Below, in pieces: positions 30,938-41,225 of a stretch of 64,000 nucleotides of DNA. The notes under the pieces are model-generated. The model searched no databases. It was not told the origin of the DNA and saw nothing but the letters and a program-made list of their open reading frames with translations. Position 1 is the stretch's first letter; each line of letters starts with the position of its first letter. The DNA is taken from NCBI GenBank assembly GCA_963799455.1, contig CAWCXF010000007.1:99221-163220 (forward strand), given 5' to 3'. Source of the DNA: an uncultured Alphaproteobacteria bacterium (GTDB taxonomy: Bacteria > Pseudomonadota > Alphaproteobacteria > Rhodobacterales > Rhodobacteraceae). The position numbers and the translations under genes were made by a program.

Positions 30938-33064
30938 CTACTTCAGGCCTAGCTTTGAGGCTTGCATGGCAAGCTGTTGGAGCTTCGACTTCGTGCCGTC
31001 ATCGGCCCCGCTCATCATCTGCGCCAAGAGCGCGCTGATGCTCAGGTTCTTGATGGCTTCGGAGTCGATGGCGGGGTTGCTGAGAACTTCCACCACGTCG
31101 CTCGGCAGTGACTTCTCGCCGCTGAGATATTCCCCAAGGACAGCTCGAGCCGTCTCGCTGTTGTTGACGAGTTCGTCCGCAGACTGACCAAGAGTGACCG
31201 CCTTCATGAAGCGGTCGAAGAACTCTCCGTCGCCACCGACGATGTTGATCTTGGCGGCGCCCATCGCCTGGGCCATCACGCTGGCCTGGCTCGCGGCGAT
31301 GTGTTGGCGTACCCCGATCTCCTTGAGCTTCACTTCCTTCTCCATCTCGAGTCGGATGCGGAACTCCTCATGCTCGCGGCCTACGCCGTCCAGAGCCTTC
31401 ATCGCGTTGGCCTTCTCGGCGAGGCCGGCGGCCTCCGCGACAAGCTTCTTTTCGATGGTGTTGGCCTCGGCCATGCCGCGCTTCTCGACGGCTTGGGCGT
31501 GGGCTTCTTCCACGCGCGCTTCCGACAGGCCCTGGGCTTCGCGACCCACAGCTTCGGCGTTCATCTTCTCACGGACGACGACGGCGTTCGCCATTCCTTC
31601 CTTCTCCGCCACCGAAGCGGCGGCGTCACGAACGCGGACGGCGGCGAGGCCTTCCTTCTCGATGGCGACGGCGTTGGCTTCTTTGACGCGCACCTGGGCA
31701 AGCCCAGCGGCGGCCTGTTCAGCCTGGGTTCCTTCGGCCTGGCGAATCTTCGCCCGGGCCGACTTGTCGGCGGCTTCCAGCTCAGCGTCGGCCACGGTGA
31801 GCATTTCCTTCGCCTTGAGGCGAGAGACTTGCTCGTTGGCTTCGGCGGCTTTCACAGTCTTCAGGAGAGCTTCGTCGGCGACGCCTTCGGCGTTGATGAC
31901 GGTGGCTTCCTTGTTTCGCTTCGCTTCGGCGAGGAGACGCAGGTCCTTGATGCGCTCTTCTTCCTCGGCGACGGTCTTGTCGACGACGATTCGGCCGCGG
32001 ACCACATCGGCGATCTCTCGCTTCTGCACCTCGACTTCCTTGTTCTTGCTGATGAGCTGAAGCTCCGTCTCGCGCTGGCGGCTGATCTCTTCGATCATGC
32101 GTGCCTTCTCCACGCGCTCCGTCTCCACGGCGATCTCTCGCTCGCGGTTCTTCTGGGCGATGGCGACGCCACGTTGCTTCGCCTCGTCGGCGACGAGCAC
32201 CTCTTCTTCGTGCTTGGCGCGCAGCAGCATGGTTTGCTTATTCTCTTGGTCTCGAACACGCATTGCTTCGTTCTCTTCGCGGGACTGAGCCACGGAGATC
32301 TCGCGTTGCTTCTTCGCCTCGGCGGCGGCGCGTCGTTGGTCGAACTGGAAGATCGCTTCGTCCGCGGCCAGGTCTTGGCTGCCCATCTCCATGCGCTCTT
32401 TCTGGCGGAGCTCGTTGGTCTCCACCTTGGAGGCTGCGGTGATCTCGGTAATCTTGCGAATGCCGTGGGCATCAAGGATGTTCTCGGGGTCCAGGTGCTC
32501 AAGAGGCGTCTGCTCGAGGTAGTCGATGGCCGCATCGTTCAAGGTGTAGCCGTCCAGGTCATCGCCGATAACCTCGACGATGTTCTTTCGGAAGTCCGCG
32601 CGCTTCGTGTAGAGGTCGGCGAAGTCGAACTGCTTTCCAACGGTCTTCAACGCTTCGCTGAACTTGGCGTTGAAGAGGTGGTCGATGGCGGTGATGTCCG
32701 ACGCGCGAACGCAGCCCAAGAGACGCGCGACTTTGAGCACGTCTTCCGGTTCTTTGTTCACCTGGACGAAGAAGGTCACGCGAATGTCCGCGCGAATGTT
32801 GTCGCGACAGATGAGGCCGTCCTTGCCGCGACGATCGATATCGATGGTCTTGACGGAGATGTCCATGACCTCCGCGCGATGAAGAACGGGGTACACCACC
32901 ATGCCGGTGAAGGTGACCTTCGGTTCGCCGCTCATGGTGTTGACGATGAGCGCTTTGCCTTGGTCCACCTTTCGGTAGAAGCGGGCGATCATCGTCAGGA
33001 CGCCCACGATGAGCACGAATGCGATTCCTACGCCGATAAGCCACGGTACTGCTTGTTCAAACAT
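30938..33064 (-). CDS. flotillin-family SPFH protein (YqiK-like)
   Basis: N-terminal transmembrane helix, SPFH/band 7 domain (KALIVN...VKTIDIDRRG) and a very long E/A/K/R-rich coiled coil. Start ATG at 33064 preceded by AAGGA. Confidence 0.85.
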   Translation of the reverse strand: MFEQAVPWLIGVGIAFVLIVGVLTMIARFYRKVDQGKALIVNTMSGEPKVTFTGMVVYPVLHRAEVMDISVKTIDIDRRGKDGLICRDNIRADIRVTFFVQVNKEPEDVLKVARLLGCVRASDITAIDHLFNAKFSEALKTVGKQFDFADLYTKRADFRKNIVEVIGDDLDGYTLNDAAIDYLEQTPLEHLDPENILDAHGIRKITEITAASKVETNELRQKERMEMGSQDLAADEAIFQFDQRRAAAEAKKQREISVAQSREENEAMRVRDQENKQTMLLRAKHEEEVLVADEAKQRGVAIAQKNREREIAVETERVEKARMIEEISRQRETELQLISKNKEVEVQKREIADVVRGRIVVDKTVAEEEERIKDLRLLAEAKRNKEATVINAEGVADEALLKTVKAAEANEQVSRLKAKEMLTVADAELEAADKSARAKIRQAEGTQAEQAAAGLAQVRVKEANAVAIEKEGLAAVRVRDAAASVAEKEGMANAVVVREKMNAEAVGREAQGLSEARVEEAHAQAVEKRGMAEANTIEKKLVAEAAGLAEKANAMKALDGVGREHEEFRIRLEMEKEVKLKEIGVRQHIAASQASVMAQAMGAAKINIVGGDGEFFDRFMKAVTLGQSADELVNNSETARAVLGEYLSGEKSLPSDVVEVLSNPAIDSEAIKNLSISALLAQMMSGADDGTKSKLQQLAMQASKLGLK

Positions 33065-33267
33065 TGATTTCCTTCTTCTCTCTACTGCGCAAGAGCGCGA
33101 ACCGGACCTGCGGACATCGCCGGCCTCCTTCCCAAACCCTGGTCGCCGAACAAAATCCGACGCGCCGAAGTGGACCATGGATGGTGCACCTTGTGGGGTT
33201 TGAGTTGGCCCAAGGTGTGTTCCCCCCGATAAACATCTACGGGGATTGAATGGTCTCAAATCCCGCT

Positions 33268-33969
33268 TCAGCGTTCGGCTTCGAGGAGCGCGTCCATAAG
33301 CTCCACTTCGTAGAGATCGGCCTCGGCGTCGTAGTCCAAAAGCAGCACTTTGGCGTTCTTGATCAGCGCCGCGTCACTGCAGCGAACGCGCAGGAGGCTT
33401 CCGGAACCGTCGTCGAGAGTCGCCTGTCCTCGGCCGCCGGCGTCCGCATGTATCTTGACGCGCGCGACCTTGCCGACGAGCACCCGCTTGCTGGGGGCGT
33501 CATTGGATGCGAACACGCGCCCAAGGGGCGTGCTGGCAACTGCCGCCATGGGCCACGCGATGGCGGTGGACAGCCCGAGGACAGCGACGTTGCCAACGAG
33601 CTCAGGCCCTGGGATGAGGCCCGAGTAGCCAGAGAGTCCGTAGCAGACCGCCCAGCCAAAGAAGAAAAGCAGGCTCAATCCTACGGTGAGTGGCGCCTTT
33701 CGGAGACTCAAGATGCTGGAGAGCGAGGACGCGCCTCCAATCCCGATGTCGTCCCCGACCTCGCCCGCGTCGCCCGCGTCCATCTCGCCGACGTCGCCGC
33801 CGACGTCTCCGGCAATGTCCATGTCGATATCACCCACGTCGCCATCGACGCCAAAGTCCAAGTCGAGCGCGCCGAACATGACAAGCATCCAGTAGCAGAG
33901 CGAAAACAGGACACCGACGGTGAAAACAAGTGTCGGAAAGGCGAAGGCGGTGGCGACGAACTGCTCCAT
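33268..33969 (-). CDS. NfeD/YqiJ-like membrane protein, partner of flotillin (start may be 34080)
   Basis: Transmembrane helices, an acidic DxD-rich segment, and a C-terminal beta-rich OB-fold-like tail (VGKVARVKIHADAGGRGQATLDDGSGSLLRVRC). Confidence 0.6.
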   Translation of the reverse strand: MEQFVATAFAFPTLVFTVGVLFSLCYWMLVMFGALDLDFGVDGDVGDIDMDIAGDVGGDVGEMDAGDAGEVGDDIGIGGASSLSSILSLRKAPLTVGLSLLFFFGWAVCYGLSGYSGLIPGPELVGNVAVLGLSTAIAWPMAAVASTPLGRVFASNDAPSKRVLVGKVARVKIHADAGGRGQATLDDGSGSLLRVRCSDAALIKNAKVLLLDYDAEADLYEVELMDALLEAER

Positions 33970-34160
33970 GTCGGAGCAAAGTGGCACGACCGGTCCAAAG
34001 TAGATAGTGGGATAGGCAGAGGACGAATCCCGTGGGGAGGACTCCGCACCGCCGAGCGCTTTTGCGACTGGCACATTCAAGTCAGGAGGGGGGCGAGCTC
34101 GCGGGCGAGGGCCGCGAGCACAGGGTCAAAACTTGTCTGTCGGGGCACTCGTGCGGCGCA

Positions 34161-36542
34161 CTAGAAGCTCTCGCCGAGGGCGATGTGGATCGCGCCGGGG
34201 AATCCGAAGAAGGTATCTTGGACCCCTTCGTTGTCGCCGGTCATGCGTGGATCATCACCGAAGACTTGCAGGCTGGGTGGCGCCCAGCCGACGTCGAGGC
34301 GGATGGCCCCGACGATGGTGTAATAGCGGAGGCCCATGCCGAAGCTGAACTGCGGGACGTTGAACCGCCACTCTTCGGCGGACACGTCGCCGGCGTCGCC
34401 AAACGCCACGATGCCGAAGCTCTCGGTGACGCGGAGTCGAAGCTCCGCGCTCGCGAGCCACTTGCGGTTGCCGCCGCTCCGTCCGTCTCCGAGGCGTCCG
34501 GGCAAGTAGCCGCGTACGTCCGTCGAGCCGCCGCCGTAGAAGCGCTGGTCGCGTGGGCCGAGCAGTGTGCTCTCTTCGTCGAGGCCTTCGTCTGGGTCGG
34601 AGATGAGCATTGCGCCGAGGACGAAACGCCCGGCGAGGGTCAGTCGTCTCCCGAAAGGCACGTACGCGCGGATGTCCGGGACGACGCGTATGTAGTCGAA
34701 CGTAGACGGCAGAAAGTAGCCGCCCTCCTGGAGGTCCACCTGAAAAAAGAACCCCTTCGTCGGACGCACGTTGTCGTCGCGGAAATCGAAGCGGAGAATC
34801 TGCTGAAGGTACGTGATGTGGTAGTTGCTTGGAGGTGCGGAGTCGTCTTCGCGGAGTTCACCGTCCGGGACGTGGTAGTAAGAGAAGCGCGGCAGCCCGA
34901 TGGCAGCGAAGATCTTTCTCTCTAGAAAGAAGCGCTCAAGTCCCAGGCCCACGTCGACGCGATGGCGAAAGAAGATGTCGTACGGGTCGCGGCCGAAGTC
35001 GTGCTGTGCATCGATGGTGAACGTAAGATTGGGCTCCAAGAATCCGGGCTGTCGAAACTCGGCGCTGATGAGATTGCCAAGGCGCGGCTCGTCCACCGTC
35101 GGGAAGCGGTCACCGAAGATCAGACGTGGCGTCTCGCGTAGAATCAGCCGGCGAAGACCGCCGAGCATGTTGCGGTTCTCGTAGGTCACCGAAGCGTGCA
35201 CGTCCCACTGGTCGACGCTGTTGACCTCGCCGAATCGCCCGCGATTCTCGACACCGCTGAGGATGCCCAGGCCCAGGGAGTAGCGGTGATGGCGCGCTGG
35301 GGTGACGCGGATGCGAACGTCCACGACCTCTCCTTCGCCGGTGAGGATGGGTTCGGCGACGACGCCGGAGAATCCGCCGAGGCCATAGACGAGGCGCTGC
35401 CCTTCGCGGATTTGCGAGCGGTCGTAGCGCATGCCCGGCTCCAGCTGACTGGCCGCGATGACGACATCTTTGGGGATGTTGTCTGGGCCCTCCACTTGGA
35501 TCTCTCCGTACACGCACACTGGACCTGGATTGAGCTCAAGCACGATGTGAGCTTCCCGCCCGGGTCGGTCGATTCGTACGCGTCCGTCGACGCGCGCCCG
35601 CGCATGGCCGGCTCGGAACATGATGCCTTCGAGGACGTCCTTCGATTTGTCGTAGCGCTGCTCGTCCCAACGGTCTCCGACGTTGAGTTTGAGCCCTTCG
35701 CGCATCTGCCTGGCCATGCGCTCGGACATCTCCTCGATGCCGACGATCTCCAGGGTCCTCACAAGGGTGGGCTCTCCTTCCTCGATCACGAATCGGACGT
35801 CGACGGCGCAGCCTTCGTCGTCGTCGATGCGCTCACAGGGGGCTTCGTCGACTTGGGGTGTTCCGTTTCCGTTTCCGTTTCCGTTTCGGTTTCCGTTTCC
35901 GGTTTCGGTTTCGGTTTCGGTTTCGGTTTCGGTTTCGGTTTGGGTTTCGGTTTCGGTTTCGGTTTCGGTTTGGGTTTGGGTTTGGGTTTGGGTTTGGGTT
36001 TGGGTTTCGGTTTCGGTTTCGGCGTGATCGTGGCCGTGATCGTCGTCCGAACTCTCACCCGCTTCGTCATCGCCGGCGTTCTCCTCCGCCTCCTCGCTGT
36101 CGTCGTCCTCGCTGACGTCCGGGAGCAAGTCCTCGTCCATCGCGCTCGGTGGCGTTGTCTGCACTTCCACGACGCGCGCGCCATGATACCCGCGCGCCGC
36201 GTACCAGCGTTCGATGCGCTCGACGTCTTGTTCCACCGTGATGCGGTCGAAGTAAGGCCAGTCGGACCAAGGCCAGGTCCAGAGGTTGAGCCGTCGAACG
36301 TCTCCTTCAAACGGCGGCTCTCCGCACGATGTGCTTTCGTCGAGGTCCAAGTTAATTTGGACGCGGTCACGTGCCTGCGTGGCGAGGCAGACTCGGATCG
36401 CGTCCCGGTCGAAGGACTCCACTCCGTCGAACTCCAGAGTTCGGACACCGTAGCGGGTCGGCGGAATGCTCGCGCAACCCGCGAGGACGACTAGCAGCCA
36501 TCCCCATCTCAACGTTCGACCGCAACTGCTTAGGGCTCCCAT
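34161..36542 (-). CDS. tamA: TamA-like Omp85-family outer-membrane assembly protein with a low-complexity insert
   Basis: Signal/lipobox, POTRA-like repeats, C-terminal surface-antigen beta-barrel ending in F. Adjacent to tamB with a 13-nt overlap. Confidence 0.75.
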   Translation of the reverse strand: MGALSSCGRTLRWGWLLVVLAGCASIPPTRYGVRTLEFDGVESFDRDAIRVCLATQARDRVQINLDLDESTSCGEPPFEGDVRRLNLWTWPWSDWPYFDRITVEQDVERIERWYAARGYHGARVVEVQTTPPSAMDEDLLPDVSEDDDSEEAEENAGDDEAGESSDDDHGHDHAETETETQTQTQTQTQTQTETETETETQTETETETETETETGNGNRNGNGNGNGTPQVDEAPCERIDDDEGCAVDVRFVIEEGEPTLVRTLEIVGIEEMSERMARQMREGLKLNVGDRWDEQRYDKSKDVLEGIMFRAGHARARVDGRVRIDRPGREAHIVLELNPGPVCVYGEIQVEGPDNIPKDVVIAASQLEPGMRYDRSQIREGQRLVYGLGGFSGVVAEPILTGEGEVVDVRIRVTPARHHRYSLGLGILSGVENRGRFGEVNSVDQWDVHASVTYENRNMLGGLRRLILRETPRLIFGDRFPTVDEPRLGNLISAEFRQPGFLEPNLTFTIDAQHDFGRDPYDIFFRHRVDVGLGLERFFLERKIFAAIGLPRFSYYHVPDGELREDDSAPPSNYHITYLQQILRFDFRDDNVRPTKGFFFQVDLQEGGYFLPSTFDYIRVVPDIRAYVPFGRRLTLAGRFVLGAMLISDPDEGLDEESTLLGPRDQRFYGGGSTDVRGYLPGRLGDGRSGGNRKWLASAELRLRVTESFGIVAFGDAGDVSAEEWRFNVPQFSFGMGLRYYTIVGAIRLDVGWAPPSLQVFGDDPRMTGDNEGVQDTFFGFPGAIHIALGESF
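35860..36022. repeat. hexanucleotide microsatellite (GTTTCG/GTTTGG/GTTTCC)n inside tamA, encoding (ET)n(QT)n and (GN)n on the minus strand
   Basis: Seen directly: about 27 near-perfect hexamer units. Confidence 0.9.
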
Positions 36543-39500
36543 CGAAGCTCCAGTCCCCAGGTGTTTCCTTGCTGGTAGCGGGTGTTCAGAAGCAGGCTGT
36601 AGGGGAAGAGGAGCTCAAGCTCCACGCCGCCGGCGAATGAGCCGCCGGCGCCCTCGTTGCTTTGACCGCCGACGTAGCCTTCGATGTGCGCGCCGATGAC
36701 GACGTCGCTGAGAAAATCGGGGATCAACCGGTCGGCCTGAATCGCTGCGCGAAGTCGGGCTCCCGTCGCATTGGACTCGATCCCGAATACCGGAATGTAC
36801 TCGCCGAGTTCGCGTCGGGTGAGACTGCTGAGGAGACCGGCGGTGAGGCCTGAGACGAACCCAAGCACCTGGTCGCGCGCTCCCGCGCTGTCATTGCCGC
36901 CGCCGCCGCCGCCGATCAGCAAGGCCAAGATCTCCGCCTCCGTTTCAGCGCTTGGGTCAGACGAAGAGAAGTTGAGCTCCAGCGAGAAGAGGTCCCCGCT
37001 AAGTTGCACGGTGACGGTCTGCTGGTTCGCCAGCTCGTGCACGGCGGTGATGTCGAGGCGTGGGTTGATGCTTCGTCCACCCGAAAAACGGATCTCACTT
37101 CGCTCAAATTCGAACTGCTTGCCAACAATCGAAAGAAAGCCGCGGCGGATGTCGACGGTGCCCTCAAGCCGTACGCCAGAGCTGTCGATAATAGCGATGA
37201 GGTCGGGCTCCACCTGGACGGAAAAGTCATCACGACGCACATAAAACGGATTGGAGGTTAGGTTAATGCGGGTCTCGCTGTCGTCCGCCTCGTCGGCTTC
37301 GTTGGAGACCGTCAACGTTCCTGCGAGGCCAGAGAAACCATCATCGTCTTCGTAGACGACGTCAGGGTGCTGGGAGAGCGATTGGACCTGACGGCCCACG
37401 TCTGGAGAAATCTGGATCGCTGCGTCTCGCAGCCCGACGTCGAACTCACTGACGGGGTCGCCAAACTCACCGGTGATGTCGATCTTCGTATCGAGCGTTG
37501 CGTACACGATACCCTCTAGGCGGAAGGGGAAGTCGTCGAGGACCGCCGTGGCGTCGACGCGACCGAGTTCCCATCCGTCCATTCCCACGTGCCCATTGAC
37601 CAGGATAGTTCCGTCGCGGTCCCGGAAGCGGACGTCGTGCAGGTGAAGTCGGTCATCGTCGAGGGCGACGCGTCCGTTGAGACTCTCGACACGCAGCAGG
37701 GGTTCGCGCAGCGTAAAGCCCACCTCTTCCAGTTCCACGCCACCGCGCACATGGACTTGGCCGGCGTCGTCGCCTCTGGCGCTCACTTCGCCGCTGAGGT
37801 GTCCGCGTGGGGAACCGATGAGGGCGACGGGCGCGGCGAGAATGGCCAGCGGCGCGTGGTTGAAGTTCGCGCGGCCTTGCCAGCCGGCGGTGTCGGGAAG
37901 CGGTAGATGAAGTTCGTCGTCCATGGCCATGGGGACTGAGCCTTCGGCGACGAAGAGCTCGGTCTCGCCGGCCAGGCGCAAAGACACCGTCGCGCGGCTG
38001 GCTGTAGCGTGCGCTTCGATGTTGAAGTCCGCTGGCGGAGTGTGGTCCCGGGCGCTCGTCGATTGAAGTCCAGCGATGGTCCCGCGTAGATCCACCATCG
38101 GCTGGTCGCCAAGGATATCTTGGAGCTGCGCCTCGAGGTTTACTTCCCCAGCGACTTCTGCGCAGACGATGGGGATTCCGTTCATCGGGAGCTCTTGGAT
38201 CGAAAGGTCGGCGTTGATCGCGGGCAGTCGTTCCGGCATCTGAACGACCCAGCTGTCGAGGGGAAGGGGCATGGTGGCGCTGAGCGTGGCGCGCTCTGCG
38301 CCGCCAGTTCGGACGCGACTGTCGAGGTTGAAGGTGCCGTCGTTGAGGCGGCCCTCAAGGGTCATGCGCGTCGCACTGATCGAACAAGAGTCGCCGTCGT
38401 GCTCGCCCGCCACAGGTGGATAGGACACCACCGCCGACACCGTCCCTTCGGCTCCCCCGAGGCTTGAGTTCTGCCCTTGTCCTTGGAAGTGCGCGTTCAG
38501 CCCGACTCGGCCTTCCTGCTCTTCGAGCATCGCGATAGGAAAGTCGCGAAGGCTGCGTTCGGGGATGAGAAGGTCCACCGACCAAGGGTGCTGCAGGATC
38601 TGGCGCGCGTTTTGTTCCCACGCCATTCGGTCGAAGGTGAGCGCGACTCGAACATCGAGCATCGGGGCGGATGCTTCTTTGAGGACAAGACTGCCGAGGA
38701 GATTTCCGTCATCGAGCTCCGATTGAAACTCGACGCGTGGAACCATGAGTTCGAGATCTGGATAGCCGAAGTCATTGACAGCGAGGAAAAGCTCGAAGGC
38801 ACGCGGGTCGATGTATGACCCGGACGAATGCAGCTCCACCCCGAGCGTGCCCGACAGCGCGGGCAGTGATTCGGGGCCGAGGATGACGTTCAGGCTCTCC
38901 CTGAGTGGCTCGAGCTTCGTGCCGCTGAGCTGCACGTGCAAGTCGAGGGGGGCGCGCTGCCAGTCGCCGCTTAGGTCGGCTGAGGGCGCGGTACCCATGA
39001 GCTTGATTTCGACTCTTCCCACGACTTCGCCGAGTGCCTCGACGAGGAGCTCAAGTTCCGCCTTTCCTTCGTTTTGGTTGACGTTTGCGTGCCATTGAAG
39101 CGTCGCGAGTTCCAAGCCTTGGTACTTCACAGAGGTCAGGGACCCCTCCGAGTGAAGGGCGGGCCGGGCGATGGATCCATGGAACTCGCCCGTGGCTGCA
39201 ACGGTCCCTTCGATGGGAACTTCTAAGAGGTCCCCGAGCGGTTCGAGGTTCGCGTGATCGACGTCGAAGGAAAAGTCCGAGCGTCCGCGAAATGAGACGC
39301 GGCCGCGCATCGTTGCGCCGAGCACGTTCGGCGCACGGACGGCGAGGGCGCCGACGGAGAAGCTGTTTTCGCCAAGGGCGAAGCGCTGGATGTCGATGGT
39401 GACGGGCTGCGGAAAAAGCCCCCGCGCGCGAACGTTGCCCGTGGCCTGGACGCCGTCTTCGATGCCAAGCTGGGTGTCCACGTCGACGACAAGAGCCCGA

Positions 39501-41224
39501 TCGACGAACTGCGCGGGGCCCTCGACGCGGCCTCGAATCCGGTAAGGCCCGTCGCCCGCGGCGCTGAGATCGACGCGCGTCAGATCGATGCCGTAGAGCG
39601 TCGCTTGCCCCGTACGAACGTGCGCATCCAGGCGTGGGGCGCTGACGGGTCCGCTGGCGCTCGCGCGGACCGTCGCTTCGGCGACGCGGACGTCTTGCAT
39701 TCGAAAGCCGCGGACGTTGACGTCGGCGCGTGCGTCGAGGACGTCGTCCCGCAGAGAGACCTCCGCTTCGATTCGCGCACGTCCCCCGACGCCCGGGAGG
39801 AGCATCGCGAGCGAGGGTTGCGCAGAGAGCCTCGGTAGGTCGGCATCGACGTTCAGCGAGAGGTCACCGTCGAAGCCGTATCGTCCGCGGATGTCCATGT
39901 GTCCACCTTCGGAGAGCGCAGGCAAATCCAGCCGGCTCAGAACGACCGCGTCTTCGGTGATCGTCGCGTCGGCGATGAGTCGCTCGACTTCCCACGTGTC
40001 GTAGGCGATGTCCTCGCCGCGGACCTGAATGTCCCAGCCCGACGCGGATTCAGCGGCGCTGACGTTCAGGTCAAACTGCACGGCGCCAGCGACGCCGAGG
40101 TCGGCGGCCAAAGCCTCGGCCAGGTTAAGGCCAGGGGTTCGAAGCGCGAGGTTCGCCTGCAGCGGTCCCGAAAGATCGACGGACCCATCAAGCGCGAGTT
40201 CGCCCCCAGGCGGCCGGAGCGACCCTTCGAAGTTGAGGGCATCGAAGGGGCTATATTCCTCCGTGGGCGCGTCGCTCTCCGCCGAACGGACGTCTAGCCC
40301 GATCTCCGTGGGACCGCCGAGGAGGTCTTGGCCGGTAAACGGCGTGAGCATCGCGTTGGTCAGAACGCCCTCGACCCGAGCATCGAGAGCCCCGAGGGTG
40401 TCGTTCACCCACGGCAGCGACGCGCTCACATCGAGGTGGCCGTCTTCCGTGGCGAGGCGCAAAGACGCGTCCATCGAGCCGCCATCACGCAGCGCCGCAT
40501 CATAGGTGAGCCCGCTGAGAGCCACGTAGGGCTGTCCGTTTAGAACGATGCTGGCGCTCTCGCGTTCCTGAACCGCGGCCTCGGCGTCGCGCGGGTTTCC
40601 GTTCTGTGTGCCGTGGATTTCGACGGACTCTCCTTCGACCTCGATGCGAAGGTCGAGGTCAAGGTCGCTCACCTGCACGTCGATCCCAGGAACGTCGTGG
40701 ACCGATGCGTCGCTCACCGCGCCGGTCACCCTCATGACGAACGTCGACGGCGCCGGGTCCGGCGGTGATGGTTCCGCGGGCAAGAACGCTTGGGAGATCC
40801 TAAGTCCGCCCTCGGCGTCGGTGGAAAGCGAAATTCGGGGCGATTGAACGACCACATCGCTCAGCAAGAGCTCTCCGCCGATCAGCGGGAAAATCGCCGC
40901 GGAGGCGCTCGCTCTTTCGACGTCGACCACGTGCACGCCCTCCGCGTCCGTGAGCTCGATGGACGCAAGTTCCGCCGTCACGGACATGAGGCGGACGTCG
41001 ATGTCGACGCACTGAAAGTCCATGGAGCCGGCGATGGCGTCGTTGCCGAGATCACGGCCCAAGGAGCAGATGACCTCGCGAGCGGGGTTGCTGTTCAGGT
41101 GGATCAGCACGCTCGTGACGAGGCAAAAGATCGCCAACAGAAGCCCCAGGAGCGTGCGCAGAACACCCTTCAGCACACGTACGCCGATAACGGACGCCTT
41201 CGACTTGTCTTGTTGGGTGCTCAC
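36530..41224 (-). CDS. tamB: translocation and assembly module protein TamB (AsmA-like, DUF490 C-terminus)
   Basis: 1564 aa, N-terminal transmembrane anchor, long beta-rich repetitive body, and the characteristic C-terminal DUF490 region. Confidence 0.8.
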   Translation of the reverse strand: MSTQQDKSKASVIGVRVLKGVLRTLLGLLLAIFCLVTSVLIHLNSNPAREVICSLGRDLGNDAIAGSMDFQCVDIDVRLMSVTAELASIELTDAEGVHVVDVERASASAAIFPLIGGELLLSDVVVQSPRISLSTDAEGGLRISQAFLPAEPSPPDPAPSTFVMRVTGAVSDASVHDVPGIDVQVSDLDLDLRIEVEGESVEIHGTQNGNPRDAEAAVQERESASIVLNGQPYVALSGLTYDAALRDGGSMDASLRLATEDGHLDVSASLPWVNDTLGALDARVEGVLTNAMLTPFTGQDLLGGPTEIGLDVRSAESDAPTEEYSPFDALNFEGSLRPPGGELALDGSVDLSGPLQANLALRTPGLNLAEALAADLGVAGAVQFDLNVSAAESASGWDIQVRGEDIAYDTWEVERLIADATITEDAVVLSRLDLPALSEGGHMDIRGRYGFDGDLSLNVDADLPRLSAQPSLAMLLPGVGGRARIEAEVSLRDDVLDARADVNVRGFRMQDVRVAEATVRASASGPVSAPRLDAHVRTGQATLYGIDLTRVDLSAAGDGPYRIRGRVEGPAQFVDRALVVDVDTQLGIEDGVQATGNVRARGLFPQPVTIDIQRFALGENSFSVGALAVRAPNVLGATMRGRVSFRGRSDFSFDVDHANLEPLGDLLEVPIEGTVAATGEFHGSIARPALHSEGSLTSVKYQGLELATLQWHANVNQNEGKAELELLVEALGEVVGRVEIKLMGTAPSADLSGDWQRAPLDLHVQLSGTKLEPLRESLNVILGPESLPALSGTLGVELHSSGSYIDPRAFELFLAVNDFGYPDLELMVPRVEFQSELDDGNLLGSLVLKEASAPMLDVRVALTFDRMAWEQNARQILQHPWSVDLLIPERSLRDFPIAMLEEQEGRVGLNAHFQGQGQNSSLGGAEGTVSAVVSYPPVAGEHDGDSCSISATRMTLEGRLNDGTFNLDSRVRTGGAERATLSATMPLPLDSWVVQMPERLPAINADLSIQELPMNGIPIVCAEVAGEVNLEAQLQDILGDQPMVDLRGTIAGLQSTSARDHTPPADFNIEAHATASRATVSLRLAGETELFVAEGSVPMAMDDELHLPLPDTAGWQGRANFNHAPLAILAAPVALIGSPRGHLSGEVSARGDDAGQVHVRGGVELEEVGFTLREPLLRVESLNGRVALDDDRLHLHDVRFRDRDGTILVNGHVGMDGWELGRVDATAVLDDFPFRLEGIVYATLDTKIDITGEFGDPVSEFDVGLRDAAIQISPDVGRQVQSLSQHPDVVYEDDDGFSGLAGTLTVSNEADEADDSETRINLTSNPFYVRRDDFSVQVEPDLIAIIDSSGVRLEGTVDIRRGFLSIVGKQFEFERSEIRFSGGRSINPRLDITAVHELANQQTVTVQLSGDLFSLELNFSSSDPSAETEAEILALLIGGGGGGNDSAGARDQVLGFVSGLTAGLLSSLTRRELGEYIPVFGIESNATGARLRAAIQADRLIPDFLSDVVIGAHIEGYVGGQSNEGAGGSFAGGVELELLFPYSLLLNTRYQQGNTWGLELRWEP

Positions 41225-41225
41225 T

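Noticed and set aside
31194-33067. Long plus-strand ORFs (288 and 588 aa) antisense to the flotillin gene
   Set aside because: Low-complexity Ala/Ser/Leu-rich translations produced by reading the coiled-coil codon periodicity backwards.
35786-36448. ORFs encoding PKPKPK... and FRFRFR... polypeptides
   Set aside because: Alternative-frame readings of the hexanucleotide microsatellite inside tamA.
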